A DNA stretch of 64,000 bases from Antedon mediterranea (taxonomy: Eukaryota > Animalia > Echinodermata), in assembly GCF_964355755.1 (NCBI RefSeq), contig NC_092671.1, positions 18,786,001 through 18,850,000 of the forward strand. Reading direction: 5' to 3'. Under the pieces are notes generated by a model. That model searched no databases. It had not been told where the DNA came from and was given only the letters and a program-made list of their open reading frames with translations. Positions within the stretch are counted from its first letter, which is position 1. Each line of letters begins with the position of its first letter. The position numbers were made by a program, and so were the translations under genes. This document shows positions 51,180 to 64,000 of this stretch, piece by piece.

Positions 51180-51350
51180 ACATGCTTTGCCCTAGTGAGA
51201 TTGTGTTGGCCAACCAACAGTTCATTCCATATGCGTACATATACTTTCAATATTTGCATCCAGTTTTACCAGCTAAGAAACCTTTATCACAGGGAAGGAT
51301 GTTTCTTACCAACAGTAGGTTGATTATGCTGTCAAACGAAAGCGCAAAAC
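51180..51350 (+). CDS. paralogue B exon
   Basis: tag|DMLCPSEIVLA...GRMFLTNSRLIMLSNESAK|gtatgt. Confidence 0.9.
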
Positions 51351-51725
51351 GTATGTGTTACACTATCGTAGGCCTATTATGTAATTATGTAGTGGTCCTC
51401 CATTTGACGGACAAAATTCTTTTAAGAATCTTCAGGAAGATTGTTTCGATGTTGGTTTTTTGTGTGAGGGTGGGGTAGGATGTTGTAAGGTGGGGATTTT
51501 TAATGTTTTGAACAAGATTTCACGGAAGTGTTGGTTGGTTTAGATTTATAGTTTATACAATAGAAGCATTTAAGAATGGTTGACTACTGTAACGACAGAC
51601 ATATATAGATAAAAGTGACATTTTGTAACTACTACTTTTACAATGGGTAAAGATAAGATGCTTTTAAAATCAAGCACTTTGATTTCATTTTCATTTTGTT
51701 ATTTTTATAATTTAAATTATTTTAG

Positions 51726-51937
51726 AAACGGAAGTTGCTGCAGTTCCTCCAGATAGCACCAAGAAACCGAACAAATACTCTGTAAAATGTGAAGCTGGCG
51801 ATGCTTTCCATTATCAGTTTCTACCACTAGAGAGCATTCGAGCTGTCGAGCTCGATGGCATGGTTGGGGCTTCCATGTCGTCATTTATCGATAGTAAGGC
51901 AGCATGTTGCCTACTCAGGATGTGCAGTTGCTGTGGG
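51726..51937 (+). CDS. paralogue B exon
   Basis: tag|TEVAAVPPDSTKKPNKYSVKCEAGD...ACCLLRMCSCCG|gtaggc. Confidence 0.9.
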
Positions 51938-52272
51938 GTAGGCCTATTTACAATTTCAAATATTCGGTCTTGCGTTATTACAGTACTAAAGCTAAAATTA
52001 TAATAAATTAATGTTGTTGTTAAGTAAAATCGGCGTTTAAATCGGTTCTCATTTGGAAATACTGTAAGCACACCAATCACCAATCACGACGTGATGGTGA
52101 TTGGTTAACTCACTTGCGTTGCACCCACGTCGTTACGTTGCTCAAATTTATTGTGTGTTAACTATTTATTTGTCCATGGACACCCTGAGAATAAATGAGG
52201 TTTACAGTATTACATATTCGTTTATATTGGTGTAATATGAAGCCTGCAATTAAATACATCATTTATCTTTAG

Positions 52273-52500
52273 TGTGGGATATGTCTGAGAAGTTGGTACG
52301 AAGTCGGTCGCTCATCCAACCCGTCAGTAAACCAGCGCATTTTGAATCTTAGTGTTGATATGCCGCCTTGGGGAAATCATTGCATTGTCAGCATCTACAT
52401 GCAAGGATCAACCGATATGCTTGTCGTCAAAGACTTTCTTCGTGACTTACAAGCATATGGGCCATCAATGAAACTGTCAATGTACGAGAAAGCATTCTAA
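52273..52500 (+). CDS. paralogue B terminal exon
   Basis: tag|CGICLRSWYEVGR...VDMPPWGNHCIV...FLRDLQAYGPSMKLSMYEKAF*. Confidence 0.9.
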   Translation, partial: CGICLRSWYEVGRSSNPSVNQRILNLSVDMPPWGNHCIVSIYMQGSTDMLVVKDFLRDLQAYGPSMKLSMYEKAF

Positions 52501-52831
52501 GTGACCATCTTTACTCTATAAAAATTCAAGTTTTTGAATAGTTGACGTGTTTTTTTTTTGGTTTGTTTCTCTTTCATGAGTGTAGCCCATTCATTCTTTC
52601 ATTATTCTATGACAAAAATATTTAAAAAAATAAAAATTAATAAAATGTATATAAATAATAATTATTACACCACGTGTATTTAGTTCTCAGTCATAGGCCT
52701 ACTGTTTGGCTATCTTTATTCAACAAAAATCTTCATCGTAAACCATGCCATAGATTTTAGCAGATAAGAGTGTCCCTGGTTATTAGCCAGTTTACATTTC
52801 ACAATCCTGTCTAGACACATGGTATTTGTTT

Positions 52832-54704
52832 GGGTAGTAACAAAGTGCGAGGCAGCGAGGCACGCGAGGCAGGGAAGGCATGCGAGGCAAGTCAGAAATT
52901 TTTGCGAGGCATCGTTTTACCATCATCAAAAAATGCGAGGCATCATTTTATCATTTCTCAAAATTGCAAGGCAGGAAATCACCGAAATTGAAGTAGCCTA
53001 GGCCTAGGCCCGCTAGGCTAGTTTCCTTTTGCACCTGCCTTGTATTTTAACCAACTTTATCCTGAATACCACAGCTTAGAATTAGTAGGCCTACTTTAAT
53101 GAAGAAAAATCACATAAAAGTAACAATAAATCCATTAAATTGGTGATTTTACAGACGTTGTTTTTCTCGCATTTCGCACACTCAATGTTCAATATTTTGC
53201 TTTCTATGGAACGCCAAAAGAGCAAAATTAATTAGAGGGCTAAAAACTCTGTGGAATCCATTTATATTTAACGCATTATTTGGTGAAAATCAAGTACAAT
53301 TTCAATAGATTTTGTCACTGTCAGTAAGGAAAAATGTTACTGTTGATAATGTACACGGTTTCGTTAACCTTTTAAAGAATAAAATAGAAAAATTCATCAT
53401 AATATCCTTAGTAGGATGCCCTAGGTCTAGACTAGGTAGTTAGTGATGTTGATTTAGGATCGATTATTATTCTTTGAAAACAGAACAGTATCAGCAGTAA
53501 CATATTACAGCATTTTTATTGACAAATTAACAAATATATTGAAATAAAACGTGTTTTTCACCAATAAATGCATGAGAAATTGACGCATTCCACTGAGTTT
53601 TAGTCCTCTATTATCGTTGCTCTTTTGGCGCTCCATAGAAACAAAAATATTGAACATTGAATAAGTGAAATTCGCGAACAGTGTGCGAGAAACACGCCTG
53701 TAAAATCATTAATTTAAGGATTTATTTGTTACTTTTTATGTGATTCTTTCATTAAAGTACTCATGAGGTATACTTCTAAGGTGTGGTATTCACACGATAA
53801 AGTTAGTTATCAAATTTGGAGTAAAAATACAAGCGAAGGAAACTAGCGCCAGGTTTATTAGTACGTAGGCCTACATGGACAACAATAAATAAAAATCGTT
53901 CGTAATATACCTAGCTTACTAAAACAGGAATAGTGTATCATTATTAAATATTACACCAATTACTATTATATCAAAATTGATTAAATTATTTTCTACATAG
54001 GCCTCTTATCTAGGTTAGGGCTAAGCATATTAGCTAAAGTTTAATTTTAGGCCTAGTATTACAATTGTCGGACGTAAGTCTTTTTTCACACGCGCTCCAG
54101 AATTCTGTCGCAATTTTTTTCTTTGCGGCATGTTATTGGATCGCCATATCAGTTACCTTTTATTCACCGCCAGTTATTGAACTTGTCCTGGCAATCGCTG
54201 TTCACCTTATTTGCGAGAGAGGTACACGTGTTGTTCCTAGAGAATGGAATGTCAAAAATGTCTTTGGCATGCCGCTCAGAGAGAAGTCTGTGCGTTGCTG
54301 CTGAAACCACGTGCTATAGGAGGGGAATGCACCACAATCCTCTGAGCTGAGGGCTGAATCATTCCTCTACCTGCTAAATAGTAAAGAGGGATTTTCCATC
54401 TCTCGGATCTAGGCGCAGGGGTGTGAAAATTTGACACGATATGACTTGAATAAAAAAACAATCGTTACATAAAAATAAACAACATGATGAGTGTATACAC
54501 GAATCTATTTAGATACGCTTGTATCGATTGATTATTAGGCCTATAATATAGCATAATAGCACGTTAAGATATGCCTCGCACCTTTTTGAAATTGTAAACT
54601 ATATGCCGCGCATGCCTCGCACTTTTGGAAATGATAAAATGATGCCTCGCACAAATATTTGGCATGCCTCGCTTGCCTCGCTGCCTCGCACTTTGTCAAC
54701 ACTC
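52832..54704. mobile_element. non-autonomous MULE-like element
   Basis: TIR ...ACAAAGTGCGAGGCAGCGAGGCA / TGCCTCGCTGCCTCGCACTTTGT..., GCGAGGCA subterminal repeats, perfect 9-bp TSD TATTTGTTT; internal inverted repeat about 53040-53300 vs 53550-53830. Confidence 0.85.
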
Positions 54705-55124
54705 TATTTGTTTGGCCAGTCTATACCCAGCTCAAAGACAATGCTATTGTTTTTAGCTTGTCAAACTTGCCCTTTCACACCTGTCAGAAACAATGCTCTT
54801 TTATATTGCTAGTTTCCATCCACCTTTGTTCATGAGAAACAATGTCTTCTATAGCTAGTTTCAATTCTCCCCACTCTGAACTTGCTATTGTTTTTAGCTT
54901 TCACACCAGTCCCACCCTAATTCGCTTATATTCCCAGTTTCCTTGACTTTCTGCATTTTGACTCATATTTCTCCTCCGAAACGTCGAGAAACTCAACAGT
55001 TCTTTTCAAAACTAAAATATACGTGGTGCATATTAACACTTTTGATTTCGTCATGCAAACCTTCAAACAATATATGTATATATTATTATAAATCCAAAGG
55101 CAAATTACTGAAAAAATGACAATG

Positions 55125-55228
55125 CTGTGGGTATCAGTGGCTGGATCTCAATGGAGATACAAAATAAAAGCGAAAAGCTAAATCAAAACGAGAAGTAAAA
55201 CAGCCAGAAAAGTTAGCAAGAGTGCAAG
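55125..55228 (-). mobile_element. solo fragment of the Penelope pLTR seen at 30601-30908, hammerhead deleted
   Basis: CTGTGGGTATCAGTGGCTGGATCTCAATGGAGATACAAAA...GAAAAGTTAGCA|AGTGCAAG followed by (TA)n. Confidence 0.8.
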
Positions 55229-56239
55229 ATTATTATATATATATATATTAAAACATAACATAATGAGGCCTAGTACTGTAGTCATATTGGCACATATCCT
55301 CTTATAAAATTTGACCAACTTATTGAAGATTGTTTTTTATGGTCTATATTTCTTTCTCTTTCCCCTGTCAGTTTTATAGACAAAATACGGTATGTGTTTA
55401 AAAGTAATAACAAAAAGTTACTACAATATTGATTCAAGTTTTCTCAATATAGAAGAAAGAAAAATAAAGAAATAGAAAAAGACGAGCTTACATTCTTTTA
55501 CATTAGCCCATTTATTTTGAGCTCTATTTACCGTACATTACATAAACATTATTTTGATTTCTATTAAATTTCTGAGTTCTACTAGGAAAAAGTTTCAAAT
55601 CGTTGTTGTTGATCTTTTTGTATACTTTTCTGTAGATTTAGCTTGTAAATACAAAAGGCGAACAATGAAATTAATTCATTTACCTTTTTACTTTTTGTTC
55701 CAGTTACTATAATATCTATCCAATTACTAACTGTTTCATTAAGTGTATATCAGTGTGTGTTTGTCCGTTACTGGTTCAGTTCGGCAGTAGTCGCATTCAT
55801 AACTCTGTAGAAAATAACTTCCATGTCTTCATACGTTTTTTATATGCAAGTTTCAGCTTAAAATTACATGTTTTATACTATAAACTTTTTATACCATATT
55901 TCTTTCAAATCAAGATTTTACATTTCTAAAATCTATTTCCCATTTCGATTAACAAGATGGGGCAGTAGAAATATTATTAATAAGGTGTCTATAGTAAAAT
56001 TAATTGTTGTGCTTTTTACAATAAAGTTGCTGTCTCTTAAAATCTATTTTGTCTCTGTCGATTTCATTATTGTAATTATTTTCTTCAACTCGTAATGAAT
56101 TGCATTTATTAGCATAAAAAACTTAATCAGGCCATTTTGTTGTTTTGAAAGTTGTGGATCACAACATTAACTATGATTTACTATATGTTTTACTATTTTT
56201 TACCCTGCTTGTAAACAAACGTTTAAGTTATATTGTTTT

Positions 56240-56956
56240 TAGTCGCGTGGAAGCGACTCTATAGTTCACTATGTCGGTCGGTCGGTTGGTCTGTCGGTCT
56301 GTCGGTCCGGTATCACTATGCGTTTTATCGCTTTCTGACCTTATCTTGATATCAGTTTAATCTAGCTAAGTCAATTTTTCACAGTATATTCCTTATGGCC
56401 AGGAATCGATGTGGTTATGTTTTCACGGTGCGCAATAAAAAATTACGCGGTCTACGCACGATTTAACGAAATCACGTTTGTAATCATATCTTCACAACCA
56501 TGAATCACAATTAAATAAAATTTGGTACTCATAAATTTCAGGGCATAAATCATCATATGGCAATACAATTACGTGCGTAGCGCATGTAACGCATGCGTAC
56601 GCGCGCTTAAAATTTTCAAAATTTATTTGCGACGAAATAAGAGTACGTTTCGGGCAATTAAGCGTTTACAAAATTGCCATGAGTGCGCAGATTTCTGCGC
56701 GCGCACTGCGCGTTAAATGTTTTTGCGTACTCTTTTTTCCCGATTTCTGTTTTCTTGACTTACTTTTCAACTCGAAATTACGTTATACGAGCACGTCAAA
56801 AGTGACAGGTTACGCACGTGTAAATTAAAAAAATGTAACTGTTTTTAAACATTTCAACATTTTTAAACATGTTCGGTAATTTCGGTCAGTTGGTAGGTTG
56901 GTCGGTCGGTCGGTAAACACTAAGCACGCGACTGCAGCCATCTATATGGCCTTGTT
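56240..56956 (+). mobile_element. Helentron-associated (DINE/HINE-like) element
   Basis: T-run entry, sub-TIR AGTCGCGTG / CACGCGACT, (GTCG)n microsatellite, 3' hairpin GCCAT..ATGGC then CTTGTTTT. Confidence 0.75.
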
Positions 56957-57317
56957 TTCATTACATTGTAATAATTTGCTGTATTTCTACCTCTTATTAC
57001 ATTTTGTGGGAATGTATAAAAGTACACAATTACTTTTAACATTTTATACATTTTAAATTGGAGTATACACTTCAGTTCTCTTCGTGAGCTTCAAAATTAA
57101 CCTCAGTTATATTGACTGTGTATTCAAATAGATACATATAATGTTTTGATACACATTTCCATTTTACCCGTGTCATGCTCATGTTTAAAAGTATACAACA
57201 AACGAATGTTTATGAGTGGCAATAGTACAAATAATTTCATAAAGTGAAAAAGAACATTTCATCTTTAACCGAATGATTATTTGTAACACGTCTGCATGAA
57301 TGTCACGAACTCCCTTT

Positions 57318-58120
57318 ACGTTGTCCCTGAAGTCCGAGAAATGCAAAGTCCTGTCTTGCTCTCTTAAGAAAAAACCTATTATGTTCGCTTACTCTGTTCA
57401 AGAAGAAGTCCTTGAAAGTGTAAACTCTTATCGGGACCTCGGCATTTTCATCGACCGTAAACTGACATTTATTTCACACGTTGATCATTTGTCAGAAAGG
57501 CCATAATAGGCTGCTTGGGCTGATGTGGCGCAATTGCAAACATTTCTCTCCATACACCAAACGTGCACTTTATCTTTCCCTCATCCAACCATCTTTCAAT
57601 TTCTGTTCAATTATTTACAACTCACTCTCTGCTTCTCAGGCCTCCAGAATTGATCGGACCCATAACAAGTTCTTGCGCTTTGTCGGCCCAGCAGCCAACC
57701 TGCCTCCTATTGTTTCCCCGACATCTAGGAGAGCAAGACAGGATTTGCAATTTCTGTATAAATGTCTTACCTCTAAGTTTGATTGTAATCTTGTTACGTT
57801 GTTCCTGTTTGTAATCTTCGTAGTAAACCCTTTCTTCATGTTAAATTTTCTCGTGTCAATGTTTGTAAAAATGGTATTTTCTGTAGACTCTCGTCTTTGT
57901 ACAATTCATGTCTTTTAAAAAATAATTCTTTAGATATCTTTAACTGTAATTTCTCTCAATTTAAATGTATTATTAATGAAATTATTTAAATAATCTTATT
58001 TAAATTTTTGTATATACTGTACTTATATTGGCTTAGGCCTATATATAATAAGTTTAGTTATTTTATTTTCAACCTGTTATTGGTGTTTTACACTGTTGGT
58101 TTGAAATAAAGAATAAAGAA
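57318..58120 (+). mobile_element. 5'-truncated CR1-group LINE RT C-terminal remnant
   Basis: KCKVLS...YRDLGIFIDRKLTFISHVD / RLLGLMWRN...LYLSLIQPSFNFCSIIYN, frameshifted; AATAAAG-repeat tail. Confidence 0.8.
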
Positions 58121-58963
58121 TTAAAAAAATTAAAAAATAACAAAATAAATAAAAAAGAATAAAAAAAGTATACACACAAACTCCACAAAGTTGTAAAATA
58201 ACTCAAAAACAAAGCTTTAATTTCAATCAACTTCAACTTTCAACAATCCAGTAAGCACTTTAAACAACAGCCTCACAATAATTTTTACAATCGAATATCC
58301 AACCTCTAATATCCAACAACTAATATCCAACCTCTAATATCCAACCTTTTTCAAAATAAATGCTTCAATAAAAAAATCCTTCTCCCCCTCCTTACAATTG
58401 TCATACTGTCCCTTATGTACAATGTTCATAACCTTCTAGATAATTCCTTATACTTCTTATTCTATTGGATTACAGTTTCTATTAATAGCACTTCTGAAAT
58501 GTTCCTGGTTGTTTTTATATTAATTATAGTTACATGGCTTCATAAATCAAAACATATTCTTATTCTAGAATGTTCATGTAAGCTAGACACTATGATACTG
58601 TATAGCGTTTTATAAACGAGAGGCATAATATAGATTGATTTAATAGTAATAAGAATAATAATATACAGTGTTAATGTACTTTGTCTTTCGAAATTCATCA
58701 GAGGAGGAATTTAGTCGCCTCTCTGCGTCCAAGACCAGGAAAACCAGGGTGCCGTAATTTCACTCTTCCTTGCTTAGAACACTCTTTTTGTCGAAAATGT
58801 GATTTAGTCTTGATAAATAAATTTTGTCGACAAATTAGGTCTATATTTTATACGATAAGAATTTTAAAGATGTACAAAATAACATTGTTATTGTCAATTC
58901 TTTCAAATATAAATCTACACAAGTTTTTTTATTTAAAGTTTTTGGTCAAAACACAAGACTCAA

Positions 58964-59020
58964 GAGGGCGGAGTGCGCGGGAAAACGAAATCTGAAAAAT
59001 ACATAAATTTTTCAAATTCA
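58964..59020 (+). promoter_or_regulatory. putative DNAJC9 promoter elements: GC box, E2F site, CHR-like
   Basis: GGGCGG, GCGCGGGAAA (TTTCCCGC on minus) and TTCAAA within 100 bp of the ATG. Confidence 0.45.
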
Positions 59021-59060
59021 ATCATTAAAAGACTGTCCGGCAACCAGCGTACAATACGTT

Positions 59061-59151
59061 ATGGGGCTAATAGAGGATTGTGTGGAACACTTTAATGAAA
59101 AGAACTTGTATGCCGTACTTGCTGTAGAAACATCTGCAAAACCAAATGAAT
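59061..59151 (+). CDS. DNAJC9: DnaJ homolog subfamily C member 9, first coding exon (gene continues beyond window)
   Basis: MGLIEDCVEHFNEKNLYAVLAVETSAKPNE|gtaagt resembles the DNAJC9 N-terminus [22 protein letters not shown]; too short for the ORF track. Confidence 0.85.
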
Positions 59152-59478
59152 GTAAGTACTAGCCTAGGTAGGCTAGCTAGGCCTAGGCTAGGCCCTAGTA
59201 GTAGTAGTCTGACTGGGCCTACCTAGGCCTAGTGGAGTATGGTCGAAGCGGCCGCCAACCAAAGCGGCCGCCAGTTTAATATCGTCATTTGTATGGAACG
59301 CCATGTGCGCTTTAATCTTTGATTGTCGTTGTCAATGCCATGGCCTATGGCGAGTTGAGTTACAGCTGTGTGTATGGTCAAACCAATAAATATAAGCCAA
59401 ATCATGTACTATCGAATCTTTATATTTCTATAAATTAAGTTTGTCTGTGGATAAATCAATGTAGGCCTATATTTTATT

Positions 59479-60248
59479 CGCCGTGGTTAGGATTCCGGCA
59501 CCGGAACTCAACTGCCCAGCGTTAGGGAATCCGACACGCTATTGCGCATGCCCAGAGCGAGGTAATCGGCGACTCTATACTTATCAACATTCTTTGACTA
59601 TACAGCGATGGATCATTTCATAGCTGCGCCACACGACGAACTAGCCTATAGATGCCTACTAATACGGGATCCACTAATCTAGGCTAGGGCTACCAGTTAG
59701 ACGTGACCAGTGGGCCTATTTATTTTGTAATTAAAAAGTGGTTGCTTTATTCATATAAACTTCATATCATTATGAATTATAATAATTACATGACTAGTTT
59801 TATGATTTTTCATAACGCATTATACTGTACATAACAACATTGAGTTGTCCCTGAGGCTGATAAACAACATGCAATCACAAGTTGGATGTGAAAAAACTGT
59901 TCGGGAAGTCAGGGTCGCAACGCTAAAAACAGCATTACGAATCTTAGATAGAAACTGATACTTATTAATATCATTATAATTATTTTAACGCGTGGCGTAG
60001 TCGTATTTTAATTATTAATTCATGTATGGCATAGGCAAAGTTTCATCCATCGCTCTCTCCCTCGCGCAACGACTATCTAGGCTACAGTAATCCCTATCAC
60101 TCCGACTCTCGGTGGTGTGGTGGTGTGTGTGGCACTCTATAAGTGCAAGCTATAATTCACTTCCCAGAGCTATGGGCATGCGCAATAGCGTGTCGGATTT
60201 CCTAACGGTGGGCAGTTGATTTCCGGTGCCGGAATCCTAACCACGGCG
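59479..60248. mobile_element. MULE-like MITE, nested
   Basis: About 80-bp TIR CGCCGTGGTTAGGATTCCGGCACCGGAA...; perfect 9-bp TSD TATTTTATT. Confidence 0.9.
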
Positions 60249-60437
60249 TATTTTATTTGTATTTTAATATTAACTAACTAAATATATTTACATTATATAC
60301 TAGGCCTATCGAATCATTAATAATTTACGTTTGCATCATAATCTACATACTATTGAACCTTTATGTCTCATTTATTACGTACTATTTATTTATTTGTTTA
60401 TTTTATCCTCTTGACCCGACGTTTCTTGAGCACTCTC

Positions 60438-61602
60438 CTATCGAATCTTTATACAGTATTGCATTAATAATTTACGTACGGTATTGCCGAATATTTATAT
60501 CTCATTTACATACTATCGAATCTTCATACAGTATTGCAATAATAATTTACGTATTACGGTATTGCCGAATCTTTATATCTCATTTACATACTATCGATTG
60601 AATCTTTTTACAGTATTGCAATATAATAATTTATGTACGGTATTGCCGAATATTTATATCTCATTTACATACTATCGAATCCTTATACAGTATTGCATTA
60701 ATAATTTACGTACGGTATTGCTGAATCCTTGTATCTCATAGAATCTTTTTACAGTATTGCAATAATAATTTACGTACGGTATTGCCGAATATTTATATCT
60801 CATTTACATCAAATCTTTATACAGTATTGCATTAATAATTCATGTACGGTATTGCCGAATATTTATATCTCATTTATATACTATCGAATCCTTTATACAG
60901 TATTGCATTAATAATTTACGTACGGTATTGCTGAATCCTTGTATCTCATAGAATCTTTTTACAGTATTGCAATAATAATTTACGTACTATTAAGGTATTG
61001 CCGAATCTTTATATCTCATTTACATACTATCGAGTCTTTATACAGTATTGCATTAATTATTTACGTACGGTATTGCCGAATATTTATATCTCATTTACAT
61101 CAAATCTTTATACAGTATTGCAATAATAATTTACGTACGGTATTGCCGAATATTTATATCTCATTTACATCGCATCTTTATACAGTATTGCATTAATAAT
61201 TTACGTACGGTATTGCCGAATCTTTATATCTCATTTACATCAAATCTTTATACAGTATTGCAATAATAATTTACGTACGGTATTGCCGAATATTTATATC
61301 TCATTTACATCAAATCTTTATACAGTATTGCATTAATAATTCACGTACGGTATTGCCGAATCTTTATATCTCATTATGATTTACATCGAATCTTTATACA
61401 GTATTGCAATAATAATTTACGTACGGTATTGCCGAATATTTATATCTCATTTACATACTATCGAATCTTTATACAACAGTATTGCATTAATAATTTACGT
61501 ACGGTATTGCCGAATATTTATATCTCATTTACATCGAATCTTTATACAGTATTGCAATAATAAGTTACGTACGGTACTGCTGAATTTTTATATCTCGTTT
61601 AC
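60438..61602. repeat. 70-75-bp minisatellite, about 16 copies
   Basis: Unit ATCGAATCTTTATACAGTATTGCAWTAATAATTTACGTACGGTATTGCCGAATATTTATATCTCATTTAC(ATACT). Confidence 0.95.
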
Positions 61603-62714
61603 ACTGTACTGTTTTTATTGAATAGGGTGTGTTATACATTTAAGTGTTATTCCATTGTAATACATTGTTTGTGTTTTCAATGAAGCAACGTGAAGACGAA
61701 AACGCGACCTTCTACAGCACTATTCCTGGCCGGCCGCCAGTCGAGTTATTAGCAGAAATTCACGTAATTAATTACCGTACCGTACAGACACTTGCGTCTT
61801 ATTTTAGTATTTAAAACTAATTTTAAATTGATCAATATTTATATATCTGAAGGTATAAAACAATTTAGGATATTAAATAAATTGATGTCATCATGTTATT
61901 GTAATTAAATTATGTTTGTGAACACGTACTACTTACAGTAATTACTTTACTATTATATTAATATACAATAACAAATAATATATTTTGATATATTTTATTG
62001 AAAAAATATATATATTATTCTTAATAATTGGCATATTATATATTATACAATAAAAATACCACAATGTTTTTTATTGACTTTATTAAACATATATATCATT
62101 TAGAACAGTTAACGTAAGTAATCATCGATTCGCCATTTCGTTTAAAAGAACGTATCACATTCAATCTGTAATAAAAGAGAATATATTACATAATGTAGGT
62201 TGTTATTTACGTCCGAGGAAAAGAAAACCTGTCGATCGAAACAATGACAATCAAAAATGACAAAACAACGACAATCAAAGCGCACACGGCATTCCATACA
62301 AATTACCGTTATTTAACTAGCGGCCGCTTTGGTTGGCGGCCGCTTCGACCGTAATCCGGCCTAGTCCTATCATGTAGGCCTAGTCTAGCCCTACTAGATA
62401 GAGGCCTAGTAGGCCCTAACTAGTACTAGGCTAGGCCTAGTATAGTAGTCCTGGCCTCCTGACGATTGACAGACGATCAGGGCCAAAGACGATCGGGACC
62501 AGATGATACTGATAGGGCTTTTTTTAAAGACGAACGGGTACCAACGCGATTGGTGTACGGTCGGGCCCAACTTTGTGGACGTTCGGACTCAACTGTGTGT
62601 GTGGACGTTCGGGCCAATATATAATTAGCAGAGATGGGGTGGACACCGGGGTGTTTCCCCCTCCCTGGAACACCATTAATTTCATAATTTTTTTTCTGCC
62701 ACTAAATTAAAATT

Positions 62715-63471
62715 CGCCGTGGTTAGGATTCCGGCACCGGAACTCAACTGCCCAGCGTTAGGGAATCCGACACGCTATTGCGCATGCCCAGAGCGAGGTA
62801 ATCGGCGACTCTATACTTATCAACGGCGATGGATCATTTCATAGCTGCGCCAGAACGAACTAGCCTAGATGCCTACTATTACTAATACAGGATCCACTAA
62901 TATAGTAGATACTCCTAGGCTAGGGCTACCAGTTAGACGTGACCAGTGGGCCTATTTATTTTGTTGCTTCATTCATATATAAACTTCATATAATTATGAA
63001 TATGAATTATATAATTACATGACTAGTTTTATGATTTTTCAAGTACAAAATAAAAGATTTCATATAACGCATTATACACTGTACATAACATGCAATCACA
63101 AGTTGATTTGTTGACGGCAGCCACCGCGTGGATATGACAAAACTGTTAGGGAAGTCGGGGTCGCAACGCTAATTACAGCATTACGATTCTTAGATAGATA
63201 CTAATTCTTATTAATATAATAATTATTTTAACGCGTGGCGTAGTCGTATTTTAATTATTAATTCATGTATGGCCTAGGCCAAGTTTCATCCATCGCTCTC
63301 TCGCTCGCGCAACGACTATCTAGCTAGGCTGCAGTAGTAAATCCCTATAACACTCCGACTCTCGGTGGTGTGGTGTGCAAGCTATTGCGCATGCCCAGAG
63401 CTCTGGGCATGCGCAATAGCGTGTCGGATTCCCTAACGGTGTGCAGTTGAGTTCCGGTGCCGGAATCCTAA
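62715..63471. mobile_element. second copy of the 59479-60248 MITE, right TIR clipped
   Basis: Near-identical start and internal sequence; ends ...CCGGAATCCTAA. Confidence 0.88.
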
Positions 63472-64000
63472 TTATTGACATTATAAAAATAAAGGAAAGA
63501 GGATCGGGTCCACGAAAACGAATTAGATTTATAATTGTTAACCATAAAATAAATTTCCACAAATTTGTGATACAAAATAATGTTAATTGTAATAAACTAT
63601 GTACTTGAGGCCTACTGTAGACCTGTAATGTAAAGAGTACCCATGCATGGTCACGGTGACAGTGAATCTCTTAATTAGGGACACCTGTAGTGTAATATAT
63701 TCAGGGGACACTTTCCCACAATTGTACGTCATTCATTTGACACACTATATAGTCCAGTCAATCTAGTGATATTTAGAGGTAAACCCACCACAAATTGCAA
63801 TAGTAACGAAACATTAATTTTTTCATTCAAAATGTAGTTTATAATGACATATTAAAAGTCACCGAAAATTGAAGCATTGGAACACATTATTTTTTAGGTA
63901 ATCTCAACAACTATATAGTGATCGATTTTATTCCATAAATATTTTGGGGTAGGGGGTAACATTTATGCCCATAGCTTCTGGTTTTATAATCCAATCTCAA

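Larger units (their letters stand above)
59234..62357. mobile_element. non-autonomous TIR transposon carrying a satellite and a nested element
   Basis: TIR GGAGTATGGTCGAAGCGGCCGCCAACCAAAGCGGCCGC / GCGGCCGCTTTGGTTGGCGGCCGCTTCGACCGTAATCC; 8-bp TSD GGCCTAGT. Confidence 0.85.

Noticed and set aside
58680-58710. Minus-strand CTGATGA-ATTTC-GAAA as a hammerhead
   Set aside because: No stem II or convincing stems I and III

Overview
AT-rich, intron-rich animal genomic DNA, probably a marine invertebrate (inference from repeat content). Exons were assembled by hand from GT-AG boundaries and reading frame. (1) The 3' end of a talin gene on + (8 solid exons 6640-22301, rod C-terminus plus I/LWEQ-THATCH domain), with a probable exon near 1021-1074 and several candidate in-frame microexons. 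(2) Two tandem paralogues on + (A about 33139-37337, about 301 aa; B 48871-52500, 277 aa) of a protein I do not recognise, with a PH/GRAM-like GRMFLTNSRLI motif and a variable Cys-rich loop. (3) The first coding exon of DNAJC9 (59061-59151) behind an E2F/CHR-like promoter. The rest is mobile DNA: a tRNA-SINE, CR1/L2/Rex-type LINE pieces (one with an intact 487-aa RT segment), BEL/Pao and Academ-like remnants, Harbinger-, MULE-, Kolobok- and Tc1-type non-autonomous elements, Helitron/Helentron-type elements and three minisatellites. The most unusual region is 30180-32880, a (TA)n-punctuated stack of at least five fold-back modules. Two carry minimal hammerhead ribozymes (one attached to a Penelope GIY-YIG ORF end). 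Two carry a tRNA-like unit where the others carry the ribozyme. No database searches were possible; family assignments rest on recognised motifs.
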